This document shows positions 31,096-40,916 of a DNA stretch of 64,000 nt, piece after piece. Source of the stretch: an uncultured bacterium (GTDB lineage Bacteria; Hydrothermota; Tepidihabitantia; SM23-42; JAOAFX01); the NCBI GenBank assembly GCA_964418185.1, contig CAYQKL010000001.1:64409-128408 (forward strand). The letters are read 5' to 3'. How positions within the stretch are numbered: the first letter of the stretch is position 1; every line of letters starts with the position of its first letter. The notes under the pieces are model-generated. The model did no database searches. It had not been told where the DNA came from and worked only from the letters and a program-made list of their open reading frames with translations. The position numbers and the translations under genes are program-made.

Positions 31096-33012
31096 CTACT
31101 TCTTTCTTCCTGCCCACCAGTTATGCTCACCCAGTCCTTCAGCAAAATGTTTCCCTTCAATCCGTTCCCAGTCGCCTGAAAGTTTTCCTCTAATAACAAC
31201 CCTCTTTTTTGTTGTAACCCAGTAAAATACATTGCGTTCTCTACAATTAACATAACCATCTGCAAGAAAATCATTCTTTACTACAATAGCATTTATTTCA
31301 CCATTATAACTAAGTTCCCTTGTCGGCTGATGAGAATATTTTACCTTAAGCTGACCCTTTTTCTGACTTATGGTCATTTTAAAAGATGCATTATACGCCA
31401 CACCGTCTTCCCCAATCTTTCCAACCCAGGTTCCCAATATATCCTTCAAAGGAATAGTTCCAAGGTCAAGCGTCTCTCCTTTAGCGATATTTATATTGTT
31501 GGTGTATATTTGGTAACCAGGAAATTCAATGTCAATTTTATGTGGTGCCACTGGAATATTTCCGGAAACATAAGGGGTTTTGCCAATCACCTGTCCATCA
31601 AGATAAACATTCGCACTCTCCGGCTCAGAGTTTACCCGAAAAGCACCAAAGACTGGAACGAGATTCACTCTAACCACAACATCTACAGCAAATCCAATAT
31701 TCACCTTTTTCTGGAATTTTTCATATCCCTGTTTCTCAATATCTACTGTGTGTGAACCAATAAATAACTCGGCAGATTCAAATACTCCTGTTCCTTTAGA
31801 CTTCAATCCTGTCTGCCGGCCATCAATCAAGATTGTTAAATCAGTTGCAGGCTCAACATAAATAATTATCCTGTTGCGTAGAAATATCCACATCAATATC
31901 ACAAATATACATACTCCAATTGTACTGAATAAAATTGATAAAGTTTTTCTAATAAATTTTTTGTTAGCATTCGCTATTTCGGCGTTAGTTTTTTCAAGAT
32001 TTTCCTGATATTGCTTGGCATCAGGGTCAAATTCAATCGCCTTTTCAAAGAAGGGAATCGCCTGTCTTGGTCTTTTGTCTTTTAGTTTATCTTCTGCGTT
32101 CTTTGAAAAAATCAAGGCGAGTTTTTTACGCATTTCAGTATCCAATTGTGTAGCAGGTGATATTTTCAGTATTAAATTCTCAGCACCTGAAACATCGCCC
32201 TTATCAAAATATGCAAAAACCAGATAGGTATGTATCACACCACTCATCTGCTCTGAAATATTTTCTTTCAGAAGCAAACCCTTCAACATTTCGATTGCTT
32301 TATCGTATTCACCAGTTTCATAATAATACTTTCCAATCATAAAGCCCAGTTGGATATCTTCTATTCTCATTTCTTCCATCTTTTGGTAGTATTTTGTCAG
32401 ACCCTCCATATCATTTTGATCTGTGAAGTATTGAACAATCTCCCTGATAACCTCTTCATTATTGGGCACAAGAGTCTCCAGTTTCTGAAGTTCCATAAAT
32501 GCCTTTTCTTTATCGCCCTTTTGCCTATATAGATTTTTTATCAACATATGGAATTCAACGCTATCGGGCTTGATCTTAAGGATCTTCTCACCCAGAGCAA
32601 TTGCCTCAATGGTCTTGTTCTGAAGATAATAGACGCGGAAAAGTCCAATCAGGGCATCCTCAGAATCGGGCTTGATATGCAGGGCAGAACGAAAGGAAAT
32701 TTCCGCCTTAACGAGATCATTCAGTTTGAGATGAATTATCCCGGACTTGTGATGGGCATCAAAATTTTTTGGATCTATCACTATTACCTTCTGGTACTCG
32801 TCAAGTGCTTCATACAGGAAATTATGCTTCTGTAGCAAACCAGCAAGTTCATTATGCAGATTTACATTTTTGGGTTCAGATTCAATCTTTTTTCTCAAAA
32901 GATTGATATGAGCGGTAACTTCAGTGCTCAGAGTTGCCAGAATTGTTCCGCAAATACTACATACCTTATATTTATCTTTTAACTGTGCTCCACAATGTGG
33001 ACATTTTTCCAT
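31096..33012 (-). CDS. zinc-ribbon / TPR-repeat membrane protein with C-terminal PEGA domains
   Basis: N-terminal CPHC...CSIC zinc ribbon, multiple TPR-like repeats, one TM helix, then PEGA-like beta domains (VYLDGQVIGKTPY). Confidence 0.55.
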   Translation of the reverse strand: MEKCPHCGAQLKDKYKVCSICGTILATLSTEVTAHINLLRKKIESEPKNVNLHNELAGLLQKHNFLYEALDEYQKVIVIDPKNFDAHHKSGIIHLKLNDLVKAEISFRSALHIKPDSEDALIGLFRVYYLQNKTIEAIALGEKILKIKPDSVEFHMLIKNLYRQKGDKEKAFMELQKLETLVPNNEEVIREIVQYFTDQNDMEGLTKYYQKMEEMRIEDIQLGFMIGKYYYETGEYDKAIEMLKGLLLKENISEQMSGVIHTYLVFAYFDKGDVSGAENLILKISPATQLDTEMRKKLALIFSKNAEDKLKDKRPRQAIPFFEKAIEFDPDAKQYQENLEKTNAEIANANKKFIRKTLSILFSTIGVCIFVILMWIFLRNRIIIYVEPATDLTILIDGRQTGLKSKGTGVFESAELFIGSHTVDIEKQGYEKFQKKVNIGFAVDVVVRVNLVPVFGAFRVNSEPESANVYLDGQVIGKTPYVSGNIPVAPHKIDIEFPGYQIYTNNINIAKGETLDLGTIPLKDILGTWVGKIGEDGVAYNASFKMTISQKKGQLKVKYSHQPTRELSYNGEINAIVVKNDFLADGYVNCRERNVFYWVTTKKRVVIRGKLSGDWERIEGKHFAEGLGEHNWWAGRKK

Positions 33013-33107
33013 AAATACCGTCCTTTTCTATTCTGAAAAGTAATCCATAATAATTATATGAAAGATTCGGAAAATGTCAAGAGAACTGGAAGGAATAACA
33101 AATCCCC

Positions 33108-33135
33108 TTGCATTGGTCGGAATTATTGATATAAT
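33108..33135 (+). promoter_or_regulatory. sigma70-like promoter TTGCAT-N16-TATAAT, 5 nt upstream of the polA GTG start
   Basis: Hexamers at 33108-33113 and 33130-33135; GTG at 33141. Confidence 0.4.
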
Positions 33136-33140
33136 CATCT

Positions 33141-35579
33141 GTGAAGAAATTTCTGCTTCTTGATGCCCATTCTTTGATATTTCGTGCCTATTTTGCATTT
33201 ATAAGAAACCCACTCAAAAATTCCAAAGGGCAGAACACTTCGGGGATCTTCGGTTTTTTGAATTCATTAAGAAAGATCAAGGCAAAATTTTCAAGCGACT
33301 ACATCGCACTGGCATTCGATGCTCCTGGTGAAACCTTTAGAGACCGGTTCTATAAAGAATATAAAGCAACCAGGCCACCTGCGCCAAAAGATATCCCATT
33401 CCAGATTGAAAAGGCAAAACAGATAAGTCAATTTATAGGAATTACTACTTATGAAATCTCCGGGTATGAGGCGGATGACATATTGGCGACCCTGGCAAAG
33501 AGATTGCAGGCTCATGGCGAAGTCTATATTATCAGTTCAGATAAAGACCTTATGCAACTCATTTCCGAAAATGTGTATGTCTACGATGTATTTAATGATA
33601 TAATCTATGATGTTGCGCAGGTCAAAGAGAAATTTGGTGTGGCACCGGAACGTATCGGTGATTATCTTGCACTCTGCGGTGATTCCATTGATAATGTCCC
33701 GGGTGTGCCAGGCATTGGTCCACGCCGGGCGATAGAAATTCTGAAAAAGTATCCTGACCTTGAGCAGGCACTTGTAAAAGAACCGAAACTTGCTGAATAT
33801 CGGGAAACATTGATACTATCAAAGAAACTTGTTGAACTTGAAACTGATGTTCCGATTGAAATTAACCTTGAAAACTTAATGACAAAACCCCCTGATGTTT
33901 ATAGTCTCCTTAAGGTGCTCTCGGAACTGGAATTCCATTCATTTATAAAGGAATTTGCCAAAAGGATTGATACTGCAGACATAACCAGAAAAGAAATAAT
34001 CAGCCCAGACGAAATAAAAGAGTACGCCGGAATTTTCATTGAGAGTGATAAGGTTTTCATAAGTTTTAGGGGAGAAGAAATCTATATTTCATCTGTGAAT
34101 GATACAATGAATATTATTTCTGATCCCAAGATTGTAAAAATTGGTTATGACCTGAAATCAGCAGTAAAATCTGCACCGATAAAATCACCCCTATTTGACA
34201 TAAAGATTGCAGCCTGGCTCATTGACCCCAACATAAAGAACGATCAGTTTGAAGATATCTGCCTTAAGTATTTAAACTGCTATTCTGAACCCGCACCTGA
34301 GACAGTAACAACTCTTTCCCTAAAACTTTATCCTCTACTAAGCCAGAAACTTGTGGAACTGGGCGAGATTGATCTATATAGAAAGATTGAAGAACCATTG
34401 ATATTTGTCCTCGCTAAAATGGAAGAAAGAGGTATTGGTATTGATCTTGATTTCTTAAGGGAACTCAAACACCGCATCGAAAAGGATATGACCCAACTTG
34501 TTGATGAATGCTACAGTATTGCTGGTAGTGTATTCAATATGAATTCACCCAAACAACTTGCCCAGATTCTTTTTGAAAGGCTCAAACTACCACCGGTAAA
34601 AAAGGGAAAATCCCATTACTCAACAGATTATGAGGTATTACAACAACTGAGCCACAAACATCCATTGCCAAAGAAGATCCTTGAATACCGTGAACTTGCG
34701 AAGGTGTTAGGGACATACATTGATCCGTTGATTGATTTTGCAAAAAATGGCCGGGTTCATACGACCTTTAATCAAACCGGTACTGCTACGGGCAGGCTAT
34801 CCTCAAACAACCCCAATATCCAGAATATTCCGATCCGTACATACCTTGGCAACGAATTAAGAAAAGGATTTGTTGCTCAAAAGGGATTTTTGCTTATTTC
34901 TGCCGACTATTCACAGATTGAATTAAGAATCCTTGCCCATATAACCAAAGACAGAAATCTCGTTGAGGCATTCAAATCCAGCCGTGACATTCATAATCAT
35001 ACTGCATCATTAATTTTTGAGATATCTGAAGATAATGTTGATGATACAAAGCGCAGAATTGCCAAGGTGGTAAATTATGGGTTGATCTATGGGATGACTG
35101 ATTATGGCCTTGCCCAGGAACTGGGGATTTCTCGCGAAGAAGCCGCACAATTCATTCAATCATACTACACACTCTATCCTGAAGTTGATAAATGGAGGCA
35201 ATCAGTAATCTCAGAGGTTGAACAAAAAGGTTATACCGAAACACTCTTTGGTAGAAAAAGACCTATTCCGGAGATAAATTCAGAAAACTACAATTTGAAG
35301 GAGTTTGGAAAGAGACTGGCAATCAACACACCAATCCAGGGTACGGCTGCCGATCTGATAAAATTATCAATGATTGAGGTAGAACATAGATTGACGATGG
35401 CACGATTTAAATCCGGACTGATACTGTCAATTCATGACGAATTACTATTTGAAATAGAAAAAGAAAGAATAGATGAAGCAAAGGCCATAATCAAGGAATC
35501 AATGGAACAAATCAGCAAATTTGAAGTTCCCATTTCAGTAAATATAAATGCCGGCGAAAACTGGGCAGAAGCACACTAA
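33141..35579 (+). CDS. polA: DNA polymerase I (5'-3' exonuclease plus polymerase domains)
   Basis: 812 aa. FEN-like N-terminus (LLLDAHSLIFRAYFA). Pol A motifs DYSQIELRILAH, KVVNYGLIYGM and HDELLFE. The 3'-5' exonuclease acidic motifs are not evident (Taq-like). Confidence 0.9.
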   Translation: MKKFLLLDAHSLIFRAYFAFIRNPLKNSKGQNTSGIFGFLNSLRKIKAKFSSDYIALAFDAPGETFRDRFYKEYKATRPPAPKDIPFQIEKAKQISQFIGITTYEISGYEADDILATLAKRLQAHGEVYIISSDKDLMQLISENVYVYDVFNDIIYDVAQVKEKFGVAPERIGDYLALCGDSIDNVPGVPGIGPRRAIEILKKYPDLEQALVKEPKLAEYRETLILSKKLVELETDVPIEINLENLMTKPPDVYSLLKVLSELEFHSFIKEFAKRIDTADITRKEIISPDEIKEYAGIFIESDKVFISFRGEEIYISSVNDTMNIISDPKIVKIGYDLKSAVKSAPIKSPLFDIKIAAWLIDPNIKNDQFEDICLKYLNCYSEPAPETVTTLSLKLYPLLSQKLVELGEIDLYRKIEEPLIFVLAKMEERGIGIDLDFLRELKHRIEKDMTQLVDECYSIAGSVFNMNSPKQLAQILFERLKLPPVKKGKSHYSTDYEVLQQLSHKHPLPKKILEYRELAKVLGTYIDPLIDFAKNGRVHTTFNQTGTATGRLSSNNPNIQNIPIRTYLGNELRKGFVAQKGFLLISADYSQIELRILAHITKDRNLVEAFKSSRDIHNHTASLIFEISEDNVDDTKRRIAKVVNYGLIYGMTDYGLAQELGISREEAAQFIQSYYTLYPEVDKWRQSVISEVEQKGYTETLFGRKRPIPEINSENYNLKEFGKRLAINTPIQGTAADLIKLSMIEVEHRLTMARFKSGLILSIHDELLFEIEKERIDEAKAIIKESMEQISKFEVPISVNINAGENWAEAH

Positions 35580-35623
35580 TTTTTACCCATTGATTATTTC
35601 CTATTTTTGAATATAATCTATCT

Positions 35624-35824
35624 GTGATTACCAGAAAATCTAAAGTAGAAGATATTTTAAGAGATTTTCCAGAGAAATCAGGCATTTTTGTGCAAATGGG
35701 CCTCCCCTGCCTTGTTTGCGGCGAACCGTTCTGGGGAACAGTTGAGGAACTATGCCTGAGATATAATGTTGAACCTGAAAAACTATTGAAAAGATTAAAC
35801 GAAGACGAAGGAGTAAGAATATGA
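35624..35824 (+). CDS. DUF1858-like small redox/disulfide domain protein (ScdA/RIC N-terminal-domain family)
   Basis: 66 aa with a single CxxC (GLPCLVCGEP); resembles hybrid-cluster-protein-associated DUF1858; ATGA overlap with the next gene. Confidence 0.5.
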   Translation: MITRKSKVEDILRDFPEKSGIFVQMGLPCLVCGEPFWGTVEELCLRYNVEPEKLLKRLNEDEGVRI

Positions 35825-36672
35825 AAAAGTGGAAATATTGCCCAGTGTGCAAAAATAGGTTAACCAGTAAAAAATCATCAATCCTTTGTCAGAACTGCGG
35901 CTGGCGATATTACATCAATCCACTGCCATCAGTTGCAGCATTCGTAATAAATGGAAAAGATGAAATACTTCTGATTAAAAGAGGAATTGATCCGAGTAAA
36001 GGCAAGTGGGCATTATCATCAGGCTTTATTGAATCGGGCGAAACCCCAGAGCAAGCAGTGATCAGAGAATTAAAAGAAGAGACAGGATTAAATGGCAGGG
36101 TAAGGCAAATGCTCGGTGTCCATATCGAACCAACAAAGATTTATGGCGATGTTCTCCTTGTAGGTTATGACATTGAAGTAACAGGTGGTAAAATGAAAGC
36201 TGGTTCTGATACTACAGAAGCAAAATTCTTTCCGAAAAACAAGCTGCCTGAAATTCCATTTTTGAGCCATCGTGTTATCATCAATCAAGGATTGAATAAT
36301 CGGTTAATAAATAATGCCTACATCGAGGTTCTAAAATCAAAGGTGACTGAGGCAATAATTACAGATACTGTCCTGTTTTATAAGGGGAGCATGGGTATTG
36401 ATGCGAAGATTATGGAGGCAGCACATATTAACCCTGGAGAAAAGGTTCAGGTTCTGAATTACGACAATGGCGAAAGGCTTGAAACCTATGTGATTGCAGA
36501 AAAGCCCCACTCAAGAAGATTTGTCCTGTATGGACCGGCTTCACTAAAAGGGGAAAAAGGCCAGAGACTGTGTATTCTTTCGTATGCATTTGTACCCCAG
36601 AATCAGATTAATTCTTTTAAGCCGAGGATTGTTATCCTTGATACAAAAAACCGCATCAAAAAGATCAAGTAA
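35821..36672 (+). CDS. panD: fusion protein: N-terminal zinc-ribbon NUDIX hydrolase plus C-terminal aspartate 1-decarboxylase (PanD, pyruvoyl-dependent)
   Basis: Residues ~1-150 carry CPVC...CQNC and the NUDIX box (GFIESGETPEQAVIRELKEETGL). Residues ~166-283 align to PanD: KSKV, the FYKGS self-cleavage Gly-Ser, INPGEKVQVLNYDNGERLETYVIAEK and LYGPASL. There is no in-frame ATG or RBS at the domain junction. Confidence 0.7.
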   Translation: MKKWKYCPVCKNRLTSKKSSILCQNCGWRYYINPLPSVAAFVINGKDEILLIKRGIDPSKGKWALSSGFIESGETPEQAVIRELKEETGLNGRVRQMLGVHIEPTKIYGDVLLVGYDIEVTGGKMKAGSDTTEAKFFPKNKLPEIPFLSHRVIINQGLNNRLINNAYIEVLKSKVTEAIITDTVLFYKGSMGIDAKIMEAAHINPGEKVQVLNYDNGERLETYVIAEKPHSRRFVLYGPASLKGEKGQRLCILSYAFVPQNQINSFKPRIVILDTKNRIKKIK

Positions 36673-37603
36673 TAGAAGATTTCTTTATGGTCCGGTACCA
36701 TCAAGACGCCTGGGATATTCATTGGGCATAGACCTTATTCCGCTCAAAACCTGCACCTACAACTGTGTCTACTGCCAGTTAGGGAAGACAACAAATCAAA
36801 CCGTCAAACAAAAGAGATATGTTCAACCAGATAAAGTATTGAAAGAACTAAGCCATTTTCTGAACCTGAAGACCCGAATTGATTATATTACATTATCGGG
36901 TTCTGGCGAACCAACCCTGAACTCAGGGATTGGCATGCTGATAAGAAAAATAAAAAGAATTACAAAAATCCCTGTAGCAGTTGTCACCAATTCTTCCATA
37001 ATCTATAAGAATAATGTCCAGAAAAATTTACTAAATGCTGATGTGATTATGCCTACACTTACTTCAGTTCAAGAGCGCACCTTTAAAAGAATCCATCGGC
37101 CTGCGCCAGGGATAACTGCAAAACTCATCATTGACGGATTGACAAAATTTCGTAAAAAATATAAAGGCAAGATCTGGCTTGAGATAATGATAATTAAGGG
37201 AATCAATGATTCAAAAAAGGAAATCGTGGCTTTGAAGAAAGTGATACACAAGATTCAGCCGGATAAAATTCAATTGAATACTGTAGTAAGACCACCAACC
37301 GAAGAATTTGCAAGCCCCATTTCTCGGGTCCGACTGAATCAAATAAAGAAGGTGTTGGGGAGAAAATGTGAGGTAATTGCCGAATTCAAAGAATCCGAAA
37401 ATTTTCTCAGAGCCAACAACAAAAAAACAATTGTTTTACAATATCTGCAAAGAAGACCCGGCACCCTGATTGATTTGAACAGTTCTCTGGGAATTAACCA
37501 AAATGAATTGATAAAATATCTTAATGACCTAATGAGAACCAAGAAAGTCATAAAAAGGAGATACAGAGGTAAAATCTTCTATGAAGCCATCAAAAATAAT
37601 TGA
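36584..37603 (+). CDS. radical SAM enzyme (COG0731/Tyw1-like family) with C-terminal winged-helix-like region
   Basis: GPVPSRRLGYSLGIDLIPLKTCTYNCVYCQ with the CxxxCxxC motif. The 5' end overlaps the upstream gene by ~90 nt, so the true start is uncertain. Confidence 0.65.
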   Translation: MHLYPRIRLILLSRGLLSLIQKTASKRSSNRRFLYGPVPSRRLGYSLGIDLIPLKTCTYNCVYCQLGKTTNQTVKQKRYVQPDKVLKELSHFLNLKTRIDYITLSGSGEPTLNSGIGMLIRKIKRITKIPVAVVTNSSIIYKNNVQKNLLNADVIMPTLTSVQERTFKRIHRPAPGITAKLIIDGLTKFRKKYKGKIWLEIMIIKGINDSKKEIVALKKVIHKIQPDKIQLNTVVRPPTEEFASPISRVRLNQIKKVLGRKCEVIAEFKESENFLRANNKKTIVLQYLQRRPGTLIDLNSSLGINQNELIKYLNDLMRTKKVIKRRYRGKIFYEAIKNN

Positions 37604-38108
37604 ACCATCAGATCTATCAAAAGAAGAACTCCTGAATTTTATTCCTGACCTTGCCAAGAACTGGCTTGCCCATGACGGGCTCTGGTTTCTTTGTGTGGAG
37701 AAAAAGTATGGTCTGGAATCGGCAATTGAACTTGATAAAAAGGCATGGGAACAATTTACTGTCATTGAGGCAGAAAGAATAATGAAACGATTGGGTATTG
37801 CGCCAAATAGTGGCATACCGGGATTGATCCAGGCATTGAAATTCCGACTCTATGCATTCATAAACAAACAGGAGATTATTGAGATCTCAGAAAAGAGATG
37901 TGTTTTAAGAATGAACAACTGTCGGGTACAGGAGGCAAGAAAACGCAAAGGACTGCCCGATTTTCCGTGTAAGCCTGTGGGTATTGTTGAATATTCCTAT
38001 TTTGCAAAGACGCTTGATACAAGGATAATAACGAATTGTCTGTGTTGCCCTCCAGATCCACATCCTGAACAGTATTACTGCGCCTGGGAATTCGTTCTTC
38101 AGGATTGA
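37581..38108 (+). CDS. conserved hypothetical protein with WLAHDGLWF motif and Cys-rich C-terminus
   Basis: 175 aa ORF translationally coupled to the radical SAM gene. Cys cluster CRVQE...CKP...CLCCPPDPHP...YYC. No confident family assignment. Confidence 0.45.
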   Translation: MKPSKIIEPSDLSKEELLNFIPDLAKNWLAHDGLWFLCVEKKYGLESAIELDKKAWEQFTVIEAERIMKRLGIAPNSGIPGLIQALKFRLYAFINKQEIIEISEKRCVLRMNNCRVQEARKRKGLPDFPCKPVGIVEYSYFAKTLDTRIITNCLCCPPDPHPEQYYCAWEFVLQD

Positions 38109-38111
38109 ATA

Positions 38112-38861
38112 CTATTTTCCTCTTATCGTTTCCAGAAGTCTCAATGCCTCAGGTTTATCATCAAGGATATAATCTGCTTCATAAGTCGGATTTTCCAATT
38201 CCAGGACTCTGCTCAAAAACCACCTTGCCTTTTCGTAATCTTTCTTCTTGATATAGACCTTTGCCATATCCACATAGAGAATTGCATAGTTTGAATCAGT
38301 CGCAATTGCTCGATTAAGATATTCAATTGATCTATTGAGATTTCCGCCCATCAATCCTGGGAGTTCATAATAGAGCATTGCACCTGCATCCATTGCACCA
38401 GTATGTTTGGGATCAAGTTTCAATACAATATCAATCTCCTTTTTAATTTCTGGCACCAAACCGAGAGAATTTAGCACACCCTTTGTCTGACCGCTTCTCC
38501 CGAGATTTACCATATACCAGAAGTGTGCCTGAGCACAATTTTTATCCAAATTTATCGCCTTTTTTCCATACTTCATACCCTGTTCATAAAAATATAATTT
38601 ATCTTCTTTTTTTTCTGCGTTGTCACCTGATAGGTAGCAAACCTTGGCAAGTTCATAATTTGCACGAAGATTATCAGGTTCATCTTTTACAATATCTGAC
38701 AGTATTTCATAACTCTTTCTCAGATTCTCCTTATCTATATGTCGGGTCTCATATAATTCAATTGCTCCCTGGATTTTTTCGGCCGAACCTTGGGCCATAG
38801 CAGATGCCGCGCAAAAAATTAATGCAGTGAAGATTCTGTATAACATAATTCCTCCATTCAA
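38112..38861 (-). CDS. secreted TPR-repeat protein
   Basis: Signal peptide plus TPR-like helical repeats. Confidence 0.5.
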   Translation of the reverse strand: MNGGIMLYRIFTALIFCAASAMAQGSAEKIQGAIELYETRHIDKENLRKSYEILSDIVKDEPDNLRANYELAKVCYLSGDNAEKKEDKLYFYEQGMKYGKKAINLDKNCAQAHFWYMVNLGRSGQTKGVLNSLGLVPEIKKEIDIVLKLDPKHTGAMDAGAMLYYELPGLMGGNLNRSIEYLNRAIATDSNYAILYVDMAKVYIKKKDYEKARWFLSRVLELENPTYEADYILDDKPEALRLLETIRGK

Positions 38862-38904
38862 AGAAATTTCAAGAACCTGGCTTTATCCTTGCAGTAAAAT
38901 CTTA

Positions 38905-39639
38905 TCAACATCTTTGATGACTACTCATTTTCAATATTGTCGCAATGGTAAAATAATTTATCACCTTCTGCTGGAAGCGTTCGTAAGAATACAAAATTGA
39001 AGGATTTTCTGAAATCTTCACCTTTAATGTCAAAGGGTTATCAGTTATGTATACTGCTTCCTTCTTGATGGTCAAATCGTTCTGCCCTTCACCGCCAAAA
39101 CCGTATCTATACCCTGCCTCAGCGACTTTTTTCAATACTGTAGTATTAATTCTATTGAATGGATAAGAAATCGTATCAACTTCACCAAGGTATTTCTCCA
39201 GAATTCTTTTTGATTCAAATAATTCGTATTCCAGCCCTTGAACATCTATACGGGTCAAATTACGGTGCGACATTGTGTGTGAGCCAAACATAATACCTGA
39301 TTTTCTCATTTCCAAAATCTGATCCCAATTAAGATGATAACTTCTTTTCCCTAAAATTGAAATATCCCAGTAATTTCGTTTGCCTATGTAATTGGCTACA
39401 AGAAATATCATAGCCGAACAGCTGTATCTTTTCAGAACCGGGAATGCGTGTTGATAAAGGTTTTCCTCGCCATCATCAAAGGTTATGATTATTCCATCAC
39501 GGTCTTCACCGGGTAGAACAATATCATAACCGCAATCAAGGATTGTTTTCAAAAAGAGGTTTAGTTGCTCAGGGTAATTCCAGGTTCCACAGAACTGGAA
39601 TTTGTTAGTTATCCTGTGGAACTGTAATGCCTTTATCAT
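38905..39639 (-). CDS. polysaccharide deacetylase (NodB homology domain)
   Basis: IITFDDGEEN motif and His residues typical of the CE4 family. Confidence 0.7.
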   Translation of the reverse strand: MIKALQFHRITNKFQFCGTWNYPEQLNLFLKTILDCGYDIVLPGEDRDGIIITFDDGEENLYQHAFPVLKRYSCSAMIFLVANYIGKRNYWDISILGKRSYHLNWDQILEMRKSGIMFGSHTMSHRNLTRIDVQGLEYELFESKRILEKYLGEVDTISYPFNRINTTVLKKVAEAGYRYGFGGEGQNDLTIKKEAVYITDNPLTLKVKISENPSILYSYERFQQKVINYFTIATILKMSSHQRC

Positions 39640-40855
39640 TCTCTCTTGTACGGCTAATCAATATCCAGCCCGCAATAGAAAATATTAGAACTATCGCACC
39701 AAAGATCAAAAAAAGATATTTTTTGACGATAAAGGTTGCCATAGAACCAACCACCAGTGCACCAACAACAAAGGTCAGATTCAGAAGCCAGTCCCGAAAG
39801 GAAAATATTCTACCCCGGACTTCCTCATCTGCATAATGATGGATAAGCGTATCCTGACCAATAAATATGGGTGATGCAGCAATTCCCACAATCAAAGCAA
39901 TGATAATAAACTGATAGAATTGGTTAATAAAAGGAAAGGCAAAGAGACCAATGCTAACAAGAATAAAGCAATAGACTATAAATATTTTTAAATCAAGATA
40001 GTGCCCGAGTGTACCGGCAATAAAGGCACCAAGCAGAAGCCCAATTGCACCGACTGCGGCAAGCACACCCACACCCCTTGTACCCCATTCCATATCTTGC
40101 TGGATAGTGGGTATTGCCAGTACATAGATCACGCTACCGGCAATAATCATTAGAAAGATTGTAGCCATTGCAAAACTCAAGTTTTTTCGTTTAACAATAT
40201 GTTTTATCGCCTGAAACATCTCTCTTAAAATCCTCAATATACCATCCTTTATCATCAAAATCAAATTCTCAGGTTTCAAAGGACCGATATCTCTAACCCT
40301 TTCTTTTAGATTGACTCTCATCACATATAGCATAACTGCTGAGATACCAAAGGTAATACCATCAATGATAAATGCAATAATCCAACCTGCGATACCCAGT
40401 ACGTTCTTCCAGAAGGGCCAATCAATTATCAAACCTCCAGTTGCCATACCTAAAAATGTTGCGCCCCTGCCTACAAGATTGATGATTGAATTTGCAGTAA
40501 GCAATCTCTTTTTGGAGACGAGATTGGGAATTATTGAACTTCGTGCCGTATTGAAAAATAAAGCGAGCAAAAACATAAAGAATACTACACCGAAGACTGG
40601 ATAGATGTTTTTTGTATAAATATATATTGCAGGAAGGCAGAATGCACAGACCATCCGCATTGTATCACAGATGACCATCACCTTTTTCTTATGCCAGCGA
40701 TCAACCAGAACTCCGGCGATAGGACCAAAAAGCAATACCGGCAGGGTTATAAAAAGCGCAAGTTGTGAGAGTAAGAACGGCGTTCTTTCTTTGGGGAATA
40801 ATCCAATAAGTGCGATGAGTGCAATATAATCAAGTTTGTCACCGAATTGACTCAC
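39605..40855 (-). CDS. MFS transporter (possibly lysophospholipid transporter LplT-like)
   Basis: 416 aa with ~12 TM helices; MFS pattern. The LplT assignment is inferred from the adjacent acyltransferase and GT genes. Confidence 0.6.
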   Translation of the reverse strand: MSQFGDKLDYIALIALIGLFPKERTPFLLSQLALFITLPVLLFGPIAGVLVDRWHKKKVMVICDTMRMVCAFCLPAIYIYTKNIYPVFGVVFFMFLLALFFNTARSSIIPNLVSKKRLLTANSIINLVGRGATFLGMATGGLIIDWPFWKNVLGIAGWIIAFIIDGITFGISAVMLYVMRVNLKERVRDIGPLKPENLILMIKDGILRILREMFQAIKHIVKRKNLSFAMATIFLMIIAGSVIYVLAIPTIQQDMEWGTRGVGVLAAVGAIGLLLGAFIAGTLGHYLDLKIFIVYCFILVSIGLFAFPFINQFYQFIIIALIVGIAASPIFIGQDTLIHHYADEEVRGRIFSFRDWLLNLTFVVGALVVGSMATFIVKKYLFLIFGAIVLIFSIAGWILISRTRENDKGITVPQDN

Positions 40856-40916
40856 GGTTTGAGAGAATACAAATATTGAAAAATCCCTTATTCTCAGAAT
40901 ATTCCAGAATTTTACC

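Noticed and set aside
33500-34400. Apparent loss of 3'-5' proofreading motifs in PolA
   Set aside because: Taq-like exonuclease-deficient Pol I enzymes are common, so this is not remarkable without an alignment-based check of the Exo I-III acidic residues.
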